Source: Marsupella aquatica (Eukaryota > Plantae > Marchantiophyta). From it: a stretch of DNA of 64,000 nt. Positions 13,601 through 26,183 of this stretch are shown piece after piece. The translations under genes were made by a program, and so were the position numbers. Below the pieces are notes generated by a model. The model saw only the letters and a program-made list of their open reading frames with translations. It made no database searches and was not told where the DNA came from. Positions within the stretch are counted from its first letter, which is position 1. Every line of letters starts with the position of its first letter. The stretch is from NCBI GenBank assembly GCA_973895155.1, contig OZ316899.1:13767934-13831933 (forward strand). Direction: 5' to 3'.

Positions 13601-15288
13601 GACTCTGCATGCCTGGTTGCTGCATCGGCAAGTCCTCCTTCCTGGGCCTAAACACCTGCTCGATCGTAGGGCTAACAGGTGGTTGAGGCTTCTCAGCCAA
13701 CGGCCTCGGCGTTGGAGCTTCCTCGGGTGCCCTTACCTGCAGGGGAAGTACTGGGGCAAAAGTCTGACCTCTGGCATACCGGCACAACAGCGGCATGTGA
13801 TAGCCAAGCCGCGATACGCTCCCCATGCCGATTACCTGCTGCTCCTCCTTTAAGATCTTCTTCAATTGGTTGAGGAGGTACCCGTTGTAGTCCCGGCTTG
13901 GGTCTGGCCTTTCTGCCAGATAGACCTGTGCTTTGCCGATCTCTGCCCTCGGCAAGTTACAATGCATGGTCACCCGCAAGAAATCGATCATCTCTCCTAT
14001 GTGCGGGTTGGTGCAGGTGTTCCGGAAGAAGCCATTCTTCGTTGATGGCCCGGGGAACGACCGGAACTCCTTGTCAGGCAAGGTCTTCCTGGTATCAACT
14101 TTGGTCTTATTGCCTATCGGCAAGCCAAACACTTCGGCAATTACCTTGGGAGTAAGATAGAAATCCTTCCCATATATCCTCGTGCAATTGGTCTCGGGTT
14201 CCCATGACCCCACAAATTCTAATAGGTCTGACTCCGGTACCTCCGGCTTCAGCCATGGTAATCTTACAAAGGCCTCTAAGCCGGATCCGGCCATGAAGCC
14301 TTGGTACTTCTTGGTCTGCATGGCCGTAAAGCATGCATCCTCCTCCCGTGCAAAATGTAGTTGCACCTCCACCGGTAGGGTTGCCGCCCAGCCCTTCCAG
14401 GTGTCATCCCTGGTTGGAATGGCCTTGATGGGATCGACCTCCTCCTCTTCGGCTTCTCCCTGCCTCCTGCTCTGCTGCTCGGCTGGCTTCTTTGGTGCCG
14501 CCGACCTCGTTCTTTTTGCCGGGGTGGCTTCATCGTTGACGGCTCCCTTCCTCTTCATCTCTGCTGCCGTGGAGGTTTCTCCTAGCACCATTGCCTGGGT
14601 CCACCTTTCCGTGCTACCCTTTAATTCCCAGTGTATGTCGTTGCAGTTCTTGATGGCCTCTCGGATGCCGACGACGCTGTCTTTGCAAAACAGAAGATCG
14701 TCGAGTTGATTGGAAGTAGGCGTCCACAGGAACTCGTCCTTGATGAGTTCGCCTCCTAAGAAAGCTGTCTTCTGCAGCTCCCACAATCGAGCGAGCTCCT
14801 GCCGTTCTCGAGCTGCCCTTTCTGATTCCTCGTCCTCGTAAGTCTTGATGTACTCAGTTGCCCGTTCGAACAGGCATCCCCAGAAATGTGCCGCTTGATT
14901 GACGTTGCTCATACCCTCCTTAGGTCGATCGTCGGTATCTACTCTCTCCCCAAGTGCTTGCCTAAGCAGCTGACAGTAGTTGGCCTCCCGTAGTCGTCTG
15001 CCTAGTTCGTGCTCGCAAATGAGCCACCATCTCCTGCAAGCGCTCCCTACCCCTCTCCTCTGCCTGTCCTTCTTCCCGTTGATCCTTCCTAGCCGCCGAT
15101 GCTTAACGCGCCCTAACCCTAATCGAGTTTTCACCCTCAGCGTCCTTACCTCCGGCCTCGGCCCGGGTTCCATGGTTGCCCCTAATTGTTTATATTTTCC
15201 TTGTTTTGTCCCTATACTAAGGTGTTCCTAGGGTGCCTTCCTACTTTACCCACTTAACTGGCCGAGTGATTCCTGTCTAGGCATCACA
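10626..15288 (-). repeat. 3' LTR of Gypsy A (4,663 bp)
   Basis: TGTGGTGCG...GGCATCACA on the plus strand; near-identical to 21513-26178. Confidence 0.96.
11538..15173 (-). pseudogene. LTR-encoded ~1,211-codon ORF (basic N-terminus, plant-transposon/PMD-like domain, acidic linker, long coiled coil), broken by 2 in-frame TAGs
   Basis: ORFs 13518-15173, 12603-13433 and 11538-12596 share one frame, separated only by TAG at 13518 and 12603. The 12603 codon is CAG in the other LTR. Confidence 0.85.
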
Positions 15289-18200
15289 TAGCTCCCCACT
15301 TAATTGTGAAGCGTCCTCGCGAACCACTTCATCTTCGTCCATATAGTATTTCTTGAGGCGGTCATAATGGATGCGAACTGGATATACCTCTCCCGTAATG
15401 TTGGCCAATTGTACGGAGCCATTGGGGAACATCATGGTTACTCTAAAGGGTCCTAACCAGCGAGTGTAAAGCTTTCCTGGAAACCTACTATACCTACTGT
15501 CATAAAGTAGCACAAGATCACCGGTGTGAATACTAACTACTTTCAACTTTTTATCATACTGCTGCTTCATGATATTCTGTCTATATTCTACTCTCTCGGC
15601 TGAAATCATTCTCGCCTCCTCTAAAGCTTCTAACCTATATTCTCGCTCCTTTAGGCTCTCCTCCGCTGAGGCTCTTTCCTCAATTGTAACTTGAAATGTC
15701 GGTATCTCAAGTTGCATGGGTACCAGGGCTTCTTGTCCAAAGGTTAAGAAGAAGGGTGTATGACCGGTAGTGGATTTATAGGCAAGATTGTAAGCAAAAA
15801 CAGCAGCAAACAATTTATCATCCCAATCGAGTTTGTTCTGAGCTACTGTCTTGTTCAATATCTTTCCTATAATTCCGTTTGCTCGTTCTGTCAACCCATT
15901 TGCCTTTAGATGGTAGGGAGTAGTAGGCCTATGTTTAACTAAATACTGCTCATTTAAACGACTAATTATATCATTCAAAAAATGGGTTCCTCTATCACTA
16001 ACTAATTCTAGGGGTGCTCCATACCTGGTGAAGATCTGCTCATACATGAATTTAGCCGTAGTAATTGCATCATCCTTCGTTGTTGGTCTGGCCTCTACCC
16101 ATTTAGTTGCATAATCCGTAGCCAGGATTATGTACTTGTTCCGTTGAGGGTGGGTCAGTGGTTTCAGAGGTCCAATGTAATCAATACCCCACTTCTCGAA
16201 TGGTGCCAGAGGTAGAATAGGGTGCAGTGGATGTCTGGTGGACGCCCTTGGTCCTCCCGCTCGTTGACAAGGATCGCATTGTTTGATAAACTGATAGACA
16301 TCCTTGTGCAAGGTGGGCCACCAGCAACCGGCATTTAATATCTTCTTAGACGTGGTTACTGGGGCAAAATGTCCTCCGGCTTCCTCTCCATGCATGGCCC
16401 GTAGGACTCGTTTTACCTCTCCCTTTTCCAAACACCTTTGAATCGTGCCGTTGATTCCATGCTTGTGCAGTATGCCTTTAATGCACTGATACTGTCTGAC
16501 CTTCCGCACAAAGACTGCGGCTTGCTCTCGGCTTAATCCTGGCTGTAATCTGGAAGTGCTGAGAAATTGTAAAATCTCAGGGTACCATGTATCAGCTATT
16601 TCCACAACGAATAGCTCCTCGTCGGGGAATCAATCATCGATGCAATCCGTGGCAGGTTTACCTGTGATCCTTGAAAAGAAGTCGGCATTGGCGTGTAACT
16701 TTCCCGGCTTGATCCTCAGCTCATAGTCAAACTTCTGTAATAGCAAAATCCATCTTGCTACTCTGCCTGTAAGGTCCGGCTTATTGACTAGGTACTTCAA
16801 ACTTTCATGATCGGTATGAAAGATTACCTTGTACCCTAGTAAATAATGCCTAAACTTTTTACAAGAATAAATGACTCCTAATGCTTCTCTCTCTGTGGTG
16901 GAGTAGTTCCGTTTGGCATCGGCAAGCTGACGGCTTGCGAAGTATATGGGATGGTCCCTTCCTTTCTCATCCAACTGACTTAGTACTGAGCCGATACAGA
17001 ACCCCGAGACATCTACAAAAACATGAAAATCTTTGTTCCAGTCCGGTGCTATCATGACTGGGGCCTCTACTAACATCTGCTTCAATTCTACCACCGCTGT
17101 GACTCGTTCGGGTGTGGGTTCGAAGTCTGCTCCTGTCTTGAGCATGTTGGTTAATGGTAAAGCTAGCTTGGCAAAATCCTTGATGAACCGGCGATAGTAA
17201 CCAATGCATCCCAAGAAGGATCTTACATCCTTTATGTTCTTAGGTTGCATGATATCTAGCCATACTGCTAGCTTACCTTTGTCAATCTCAATGCCCTTCC
17301 TTGATACCTTGTGACCTAGTAGCACCCCCTCGGTTACTGCAAAGAAACATTTATCTGGGTGTAACTTGAGACCCACCTCTCTACATCTCATGAAGGTTTT
17401 CCTGAGGTATTTAGCATGTTTCGATGCCTTCCCAAATACTGCAAAGTCATCAATGAAGATTTCCATGAACTTTCTCAAGTAATCATGAAAAATGTTCACC
17501 ATGAATCGTTGAAACATAGCTGGTGCGTTGCAGAGTCCAAACGGCATACGATTGAAGACATAGATCCCCCATTCCGTGATGAAGGCCGTCTTGATTTGGT
17601 CTTCCTGCCGAATCCTGATTTGGTTATAACCAGAGTATCCATCCATGAATGAATATAGTTCATGACTGGCTACCATGTCTAGTACCATATCAGTAAACGG
17701 TAAAGGAAAATGGTCTTTTAATGTTGCTTCATTTAGCTTCCTGTAATCCTGACAAACCCGGATCTTGGGTTTACCATCGGGTCCAGCTTTCTTGGGAACT
17801 ATCACAATTGGAGACACCCAGTCTGAATGCAGGACTGGAGTGATGAATCCAGCTTCCACTAGTTTGTCGATTTCTGTTTTGACCAGCAGGGAATACTTCG
17901 GGTTCATCCTTCGAATTGGTTGTCGAAATGATTTGGCTCCTAACATGAGATCAATTCGATGTTCCCCTAGTGTTGGATCTACTCCCTTTAGATCTTGGTG
18001 ACTCCATGCAAACACATCCTGAAATTCAATCAATAAGTCACTGATCTCTTTCTCGAGCTCAGGTGCTAGGTTTCTCCCTAAGTTCAGTTCTCTTCCCTCT
18101 CCTAAGTCGAGCTTCCGATATTGCCGTGCTTGGATCATATTAATCTGCTTCTTCAAATTCGGGTCCAGTTCGGCTTCCAGTCTCTCCAATCTCATACCTC

Positions 18201-21200
18201 CATAAACTGGAATCTCGGCTGGACTAGCCGAGTCGGTCCCTTCCTTGGTGTCCATAGATTGTCCCCTTGCCGGTCTATTCGGTTTTGAATTGGTGGTCGG
18301 CTCCCCTTCCTGTCTTGGCTCTGGATTGTGTTTGTCCATCTCATCCACCTCTTGCTCCTGAGAGTCAGGCCGTTGTGCTCTCTCGGCTTCTAATAGGGCC
18401 TCAATTTGTTCTGCCCTCGTAATCGGCTTGTATGCCGATCCCTTGGTATTTAATTCCTTGCCGATGATCGATGGCGTTGTGAACCCTGCCGGCTCTGCCA
18501 CAACGCCTGCAGAAAATCCACTGTCCCTGCTACTGCTCCCCACTTAGCCGTTTCATCCAATTGGTCTACATCCTTTACTTCCTCCGGAATTGCAGCTAAA
18601 AAGGTGGATTCTATTGTAAAGCAGTCCTCGACCTCTTCGTCTTCTTCTTCCAAGTCACCTTCCATTGGTTCTTGCCATAATCCGCTGGGGGGTACCTCTG
18701 GTCCAAAGACACTTTCTTCGGTTAGGTCAGTGAGGCATTCTAACCAACGTACTTCATCGGCTGACTCCAATCCACTGTTGTACCCATCTACTTCCCTTAT
18801 GCTTTTCCTATGGTCATCCTTAGTGTCCCAGGATACCGTGATAGAGGGGGTCCCAAAAGTGAACTGCTTTTTACCCCAATCTTCTATTACCTCGGCTAGG
18901 TACAGCCATGGCCTACCAATCAATAGTCGGAATGACGTAGGATTTACCGGCTTCATTACTACATAGTTAATGCTAAAGAAGATACCTCCTATCTCTGTCT
19001 TGATGCCGGTTAACACTCCCGTGGGAATGACCTGATATCCATTGGCCATGTTCAACACTCTTCTAGTCATCTCCGGTGTTAGACCCCACCCTTTTGCTGT
19101 TGAATCAATCATAATACATACCCCTGATCCTCCATCGATTGGTACCCGTAGTAATAATTCTCCTTGAATCATTAATGGTAATGCTGGGGCTCCTTGATCT
19201 TCTTCTATCATTAGTACGTCGGATCTGGTTGCTACCTTGGGTAATCTCGGCTTGCCGAGAATAGCCTTCCTTAATTGCTTCCGGAAGTACGGGCTATTTT
19301 TCAATAGTTGACCTACTATTGCCGAGACTCTAGATTCTAGTACATCTTTAGCCAGGTCATAGGGAACAATCGGCTTCTCCTCTGGTGGTGTCTCCGTCTT
19401 GGATTCGGCCAGTTTTGCCACGCTAGTCTCCACAGCTGTTGGGTCTTCCGAAGCAAACAATGCTTTTGCTCGTTTTACATCCTTGGCAATGGCTTCGGTA
19501 TTCTCCAAGGTTTCTAATTCTCTTAGTTGTTCCTTAACACTAGCCGTAACAGAGGGGTAGAACAACTTAGGATGATCTCGATTGAAGTCGCTATCTTGTG
19601 AAGGATTGGGTTCACTGGTGGGCTCATGGCTTACCTGTATTGCCGGAGCCCTCCCTTCTCCTTCCGTTGATGTTGACGAAGAGTCGATCTTTTCCTCCGT
19701 AACCTTCCCTTTATTTTTGGCCAGCCCATCCCACCTTTCCTTCCTTCTGGTAGATCGAGTAGAGACCCGGTAGCAATCATGATCTAAATCCTCCTCTGAG
19801 AAGGTTGATAGGGCTTCGGCCTCATCATCAGATGGTACAAACTCTGCCTCGGCATCCTCTTGCCATCCTAGTTCGATGTGGTTGATTTGAACTCCTCCGG
19901 GGGTAGTACCTGGCGGTAAGATCTTGACCGGCAAAAGTTTATGATTTGCGGCCAGGCCTGCCAACCAAGTAGGACATTGCCCTAGCATATGACCTTCCTG
20001 TCGGCATCCCATACATAGCTGAGCTGGTTGTCAATCACCTTGTTTGCGTGCATTCGGGCATTCTCTAGCAAAATGGCCAGGTTGACCACAATTATAGCAT
20101 GCCGCAAATCTTTGCACATTCGGCCTAGGAGGTACTGACGGGTTCTGAATAATCCGAGGATACATCTCTCCTGTGTTGTTCCTTAACCCTGACCATAGAG
20201 ATGCAGGTCTGTTGGATAGGTCTCGTGCTCCAATCTCACTGATGCCGAAAACACTATCAGCGGCATCTCCTAAAAAGTACTCTACTTCTCCCTGACATGG
20301 TTTGATCTCGGCCACATGCCGAACATGATTAGTATTAAGCTTAGGACACGCATCTTTATGGTGTCCGGTTTTATAACATAAGGCACACCATACAGAGCTA
20401 TCCTCCTATACTACCTTCTTCTTCGGTTTTACCTCTGCAATGATAGCCTTAAGTTGCTCGGTAAGGGCTACGATGTTATCTGGTGGCTTAGCCTCCAGCT
20501 TGACTTTCGTCTTCCCTCTCCTTCTGCCCTTCCTTTTGGTAGTTTTTTCTTCTTCAAAACTAGAAGATGACTCACTCTTGCTACTCCCACTATCCGAGCT
20601 TGACTTATCACTTCTAGACTTCTTAGAATGTTTCTTCTTCTTATCTTTTTTCTTATGGGGTGATCCCTCTTCTGATGAGGAACTCTCAGACTTAAGCTGT
20701 TTCTTCCGGCTTGTGATATCTGCATTAATGTATAATTGAATATCCTTAATTGCTTCGGCTAAAGTCTCCGGGTTCTCCTTCCTAATTGCAAAACTCATCT
20801 TCTGTGGCAAAGCATTCACCAACCATTGAAGTTGCATACCTTCAGATGCATTGGTCTTTGTACGTCTTACCAGTTTCTGAAAGCGTTGCAAGAACTTCCT
20901 GAAGGATTTGTTCTCCTTGAACCGAAGTCGTCCCAACTTCAGCACTGCTAGTTCTGAAGTTCCAATTGGTCGAAACTCCTTAACAAAGAGTGTTTTGAAG
21001 ATATCCCAGATGGCTTGATCTTCCACATCTAATGCTCTGTACCAAGGCCTAGCCTCACCCTTGAACAGGCCGGGAAGAATCTGCATCTTGATGGCCGATT
21101 CTCCATTTGCTGCAGCGGTTCCCTCGAAATCATCCAACCATTCATCCGGATCCTCATCTCCTCTCCCATGAAATGCCTTGTAATGTATGCACGACCGCTG

Positions 21201-21443
21201 GCTCAATCTGGTCCCTGGCCTCTCGTCTGGCCGTGCCTCTAGTTCCCCCATGTCGGTTGGAGACTCACTTCTCCTTACCGACTCTTCTTCTGGTATGTCT
21301 TCTTCGACGCCACTTCCAGTTTCGGAGCTACCAGCTCTTTCTGCCCCTCTCAGTCGCTGTGTATCATGCCACCCGGCGAGCTGCTGCAGTCGAGCTCTCT
21401 CCCGTTGAATCACTCTTTCTTCCCTCGGCGTAAGGTCAGTCAT
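15277..21443 (-). pseudogene. gag-pol of Gypsy A: gag with three Zn-knuckle-like motifs, protease, RT, RNase H, integrase; 3 in-frame stops and 1 frameshift
   Basis: CALCYKTGHHKDAC, CYNCGQPGHFAREC, CMGCRQEGHMLGQC; PIDGGSG; RVCQDYRKLN, MDGYSGYNQI, FIDDF; DVSGFCIGSVL, NYSTTERE; H..GHF..C..C, WGIDY, SDRGTHF, ANGLTER, WLGPF. Stops at 20406, 20031 and 16630; frameshift near 18450-18540. Confidence 0.96.
15289..15301 (-). promoter_or_regulatory. Short polypurine tract of Gypsy A, inside the integrase coding sequence
   Basis: Minus strand AAGTGGGGAGCTA immediately precedes the LTR start TGTGATGCC. Confidence 0.7.
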
Positions 21444-21490
21444 TACCTACGCTTCCGTTCTAACTTCATATCTCACGGCTTAAGAAATGC

Positions 21491-21508
21491 CCCCTCCATC
21501 TGGTGCCA
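21491..21508 (-). promoter_or_regulatory. Primer binding site of Gypsy A (primer tRNA not identified)
   Basis: Minus strand TGGCACCAGATGGAGGGG, 4 nt after the 5' LTR end. Confidence 0.75.
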
Positions 21509-21512
21509 AAAA

Positions 21513-24500
21513 TGTGGTGCGTCCCATGGCTCCCTAAACCCAAGAAACCCCCCAACTCAAGCCGATTCCCGCAGGTTTCGCGCTTGGCGAGGCTGTTTCC
21601 GCGGCTTAGCGGCATGGGACGCTGCTAACCTTCTACTACTACTATTAACATTTTACACAGTCACATATACTGGACAGATCCTTCATCGGGTCATGAGATA
21701 CGTAGCCGGCCTAATCTAGGCCTTCCCCTGTCTTCCCCTCCGTCTTGTTAGGTATGTTTGGAATCCGCCGTCGGAATGATCCCCAATAGGCTTGGTTAAG
21801 CCGCTAAGACATCTCTCAGCTCGACACATCCAACTCTCACTCCCCTGCTTACTTTCCTTCCTTTTGGTTGATGTGGGCACTCTTCACACAAGTTAATGCG
21901 ACACACAAATAGCAAAATGACTCATTCTGACTGAGTCATACTATGCACTTGCCATACAAACAGTACATCTCATACACAAGCTCTGCGAACTAAGCCGTGA
22001 GGCCAACTCTATTCAGCTCTTAGGCATGAAGAAACATGAATATACACAAGGGTCACTGTATGACTAACCGAGAGCTTCTCGTACTACTTGATCCCAGCCC
22101 GGCTGGTGCAAACTAAAAACTTGCTAAAGAAGAGGCCCTGAGCTCCCCGCTGCCCAGGTACTTATCCTGGTAGTGGATCCGCCATTCTTTGCATCGTAAG
22201 CCTAATCTACTTAACAGTAATCTACTTGCCCGAATCTACCTATGTACAGCAAGGCAGGAGCACAAGTGTTGCTCCTACCAGTGGGACCACAATCCCACTA
22301 AGCTAAGTGTCAGGGCCGCTCCTGGTCCTGATCCTAATCTTAAACTTGGAGATCAGCGCCCGCCCTGCCCACTCACGCCTCCTCCCTCCACGTCCGCCCT
22401 CCCTAAAAGGAACGGCGCCCTTGCACCGTCACGACATCGGTGGTGGATCCTTAATGGACGCCCCCAACGCTTCCTCCTCAGCCACTGCCGTAGGTTCATT
22501 TTCTGACAGATTACCTGCCCTTGACTGAGTCAACTCTCCATCGGCCTGACTGGGTCCACCATCGGCGTCGGCATCGGCTCGGGAATCGGTTACGGCCTCA
22601 GCCTCGGCTACGGTCTCCCCGGCCTGCTCAAGAGGCGGATCTGGAATACCGGCCTCATTACTGAGTAGTTTGGCTTGGGCCGCACCACCGCCACCTGTGA
22701 TGATAGCGGGATCTATTGCCGTATTCATGCCGGAGGATGGTGCTGGTTCTACCTCCTTGGTCACCACGGCTTGTGGAGTCGGATTACTCCTTGACCCTGA
22801 AGGTTTCCGCTTTTTCTTCTTTTCTGGTTCGGCAGCTGGTCCCTTCCCCTTCCCACTTACTTCCGGCACTGGTGCAGGTGGCGCGGCTTTTTCTTCGGCC
22901 AGTACCACTCCTGGTAACTTGGTTGCCCCAATTGGAGTTGGGCCTGATGAAGACAAGCACTTAAATACTGCGGCTTGTTTCTTCAGCCGCTCCGTTTGGT
23001 TGTCGGCCCGCCGCTGGAGGTTCTCCATCTTCCTCGTGATTTCCTCCAACTCCTCCTGGGTCTCATCCAGGTCCTTGCGTGCCTCCTCTAGTTCCTTCTG
23101 GGCTTCCTCCCGTTCTTGTTTCAAGGTAGTCCTCTCCTCCCGGGTTGCTCTTAGCTCCTTGTCGAGCTCTGCAATGATGACAGACTCCATCTGGTTCATC
23201 TTGGCGTAAGTCTGTTTGAGCATCTCGTCCTTCTCCCTTAGGTCGGCCTTGAAGCTGGCCGTCAGGGACGCAAGCTCCTACTGCAGCGCCATAATCCCTT
23301 GATAGGATTTCCCTAACTCGGCCTCCTTCTACTCAAGGGCTCCACGGATTTTCTCGAGCTCCCCCTTCAATGCCCATTCCTTTCTTTGGGTCTATGCCAT
23401 GGCCCGGATGTTGGCTGTTATGTGGGCCTCCTCTGTATTCTTCAGCTCTTGCTTCCACTTCTCCCTCTCTTTGATCGTGTCGGCCAACTCTCCCTGCGTC
23501 TGAGTCAGTTTTTCCTTGATATTCTGATTATCAGCCTGCGCGGTGTCCAACTGCCCCTGCATGATGTTCAGCTCATGCCGTTTAATCCGCAGTTCATCTT
23601 GGGCTTTCTTGGCCGCCCTTAGATCTTCAATCTCGGCTTCCATCCTCCTAAGCCGCCGAATGACCTCGTCCTTCTTGCTTCTCTCTAAAGCCACCGCTTC
23701 TTCTAATTGGTGCTTCTCCAACTGCTCCCTATGGAAAAAGGGTCCTACCTCCAACTCCTCTCCAAAGATGCCGAGCGCAAGTTCCCCACACATCTCACCA
23801 TACTCCATGGCTCTATTCTTAGCGTAGGTGGAGTAAGTAGAAGTGATCGGCATCGCCCATCGCGGCCTCTGCTCCCAAGCCGTCCTGCGGATCTCTTCAA
23901 TCGTGGCTAGAGGTTTTCTTCCTTTTTCGGCTAGCCGCCTGATGTCCTCCGGCCAATCTCCTCCTGGTAAATCCTTTTCCCTAGCCAGGGCTGCCTCCTC
24001 TTCCTGCCTGATTCGCTCTTGAAATTCCTGCACCATCTGTTTTATGCCGTCAAAGCTCGGGGGAGCAACATCTGGTGGGGGAGACTCAGGGCTACTCTGC
24101 TGGTTGGGGTCCCCTCGCACTACCCTTGGAAGTGTGGGGACAAACCGGCCACAGGTCCTTACTCCTGGAACGTGATGGTCCGACCCATAGCCGGAATTAT
24201 CATGGCTGCAGTCCTCCACTGCCTCCTCTACTTCTTGGACGTCCGGCTTCTCCCTCTCCTCTTCGTCGGTAGGAGCTTCAGGCAATTCTGCCTCAGATTC
24301 AGAGCTTGAGATTCCCACATACATTCGAACACCTGGCTTGGATTCCGGCCTGATTCTCTCCTTGTCTCCAGCAAAGGGGTTTTCTCTTGTGAGCCGGTGT
24401 AGGCCTACCTATGTAGTAGTGTCCTGCATTGTTGCCGTTGCCGTTGTTGTTGCCGATGCCGATTTCTTTTCTTTCTCCAGTAGTTTCAGCAGACTCTGCA

Positions 24501-26178
24501 TGCCTGGTTGCTGCATCGGCAAGTCCTCCTTCCTGGGCCTAAACACCTGCTCGATCGTAGGGCTAACAGGTGGTTGAGGCTTCTCAGCCAACGGCCTCGG
24601 CGTTGGAGCTTCCTCGGGTGCCCTTACCTACAGGGGAAGTACTGGGGCAAAAGTCTGACCTCTGGCATACCGGCACAACAGCGGCATGTGATAGCCAAGC
24701 CACGATACGCTCCCCATGCCGATTACCTGCTGCTCCTCCTTTAAGATCTTCTTCAATTGGTTGAGGAGGTACCCGTTGTAGTCCCGGCTTGGGTCTGGCC
24801 TTTCTGCCAGATAGACCTGTGCTTTGCCGATCTCTGCCCTCGGCAAGTTACAATGCATGGTCACCCGCAAGAAGTCGATCATCTCTCGTATGTGCGGGTT
24901 GGTGTAGGTGTTCCGGAAGAAGCCATTCTTCGTTGATGGCCCGGGGAACGACCGGAACTCCTTGTCAGGCAAGGTCTTCCTGGTATCAACTTTGGTCTTA
25001 TTGCCTATCGGCAAGCCAAACACTTCGGCAATTACCTTGGGAGTAAGATAGAAATCCTTCCCATATATCCTCGTGCAATTGGTCTCGGGTTCCCATGACC
25101 CCACAAATTCTAATAGGTCTGACTCTGGTACCTCCGGCTTCAGCCATGGTAATCTTACAAAGGCCTCTAAGCCGGATCCGGCCATGAAGCCTTGGTACTT
25201 CTTGGTCTGCATGGCCGTAAAGCATGCATCCTCCTCCCGTGCAAAATGTAGTTGCACCTCCACCGGTAGGGTTGCCGCCCAGCCCTTCCAGGTGTCATCC
25301 CTGGTTGGAATGGCCTTGATGGGATCGACCTCCTCCTCTTCGGCTTCTCCCTGCCTCCTGCTCTGCTGCTCGGCTGGCTTCTTTGGTGCGCCGACCTCGT
25401 TCTTTTTGCCGGGGTGGCTTCATCGTTGACGGCTCCCTTCCTCTTCATCTCTGCTGCCGTGGAGGTTTCTCCTAGCACCGTTGCCTGGGTCCACCTTTCC
25501 GTGCTACCCTTTAATTCCCAGTGTATGTCGTTGCAGTTCTTGATGGCCTCTCGGATGCCGACAACGCTATCTTTGCAAAACAGAAGATCGTCGAGTTGAT
25601 TGGAAGTAGGCGTCCATAGGAACTCGTCCTTGATGAGTTCGCCTCCTAAGAAAGCTGTCTTTTGCAGCTCCCATAATCGAGCGAGCTCCTGCCGTTCTCG
25701 AGCTGCCCTTTCTGATTCCTCGTCCTCGTAAGTCTTGATGTACTCAGTTGCCCGTTCGAACAGGCATCCCCAGAAATGTGCCGCTTGATTGACGTTGCTC
25801 ATACCCTCCTTAGGTCGATCGTCGGTATCTACTCTCTCCCCAAGTGCTTGCCTAAGCAGCTGATAGTAGTTGGCCTCCCGTAGTCGTCTGCCTAGTTTGT
25901 GCTCGCAAATGAGCCACCATCTCCTGCGAGCGCTCCCTACCCCTCTCCTCTGCCGGTCCTTCTTCCCGTTGATCCTTCCTAGCCGCCGACGCTTAATGCG
26001 CCCTAACCCTAATCGAGTTTTCACCCTCAGCGTCCTTACCTCCGGCCTCGGCCCGGGTTCCATGGTTGCCCCTAATTGTTTATATTTTCCTTGTTTTGTC
26101 CCTATACTAAGGTGTTCCTAGGGTGCCTTCCTGCTTTACCCACTTAACTGGCCGAGTGATTCCTGTCTAGGCATCACA
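21513..26178 (-). repeat. 5' LTR of Gypsy A (4,666 bp)
   Basis: Same termini as the 3' LTR; differs by a 4-bp indel (~21659), a 1-bp indel (~25390) and scattered substitutions. Confidence 0.96.
22429..26063 (-). pseudogene. Second copy of the LTR-encoded ~1,211-codon ORF
   Basis: Same protein, with its own lesions (frameshift ~25390; stops at 24628, 23392, ~23330, ~23279) plus the shared TAG at 24409. Confidence 0.85.
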
Positions 26179-26183
26179 CTACC

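Larger units (their letters stand above)
10626..26178 (-). mobile_element. Full-length non-chromovirus Ty3/Gypsy LTR retrotransposon A (15,553 bp) with giant gene-carrying LTRs
   Basis: Two ~4.66-kb direct repeats with TG..CA ends. TSD CTACC at 10621-10625 and 26179-26183. Removing it rejoins the Copia frame (VVMEG|RKQGNL). gag-pol lies between the repeats. Confidence 0.97.

Noticed and set aside
11538-15173. env-like gene
   Set aside because: No signal peptide or transmembrane segment; the protein is hydrophilic, basic/acidic and coiled-coil.
16560-16700. Tat/Ogre assignment for element A
   Set aside because: No additional archaeal-type RNase H between RH and integrase; lineage left as non-chromovirus.
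20031-20408. Programmed readthrough stops in gag
   Set aside because: Both fit C>T decay (CAG, CGA), lack a readthrough context and interrupt the Zn-knuckle region.
11809-25599. Many plus-strand Ser/Leu-rich ORFs
   Set aside because: Antisense shadows of the Glu/Lys-rich minus-strand frames.
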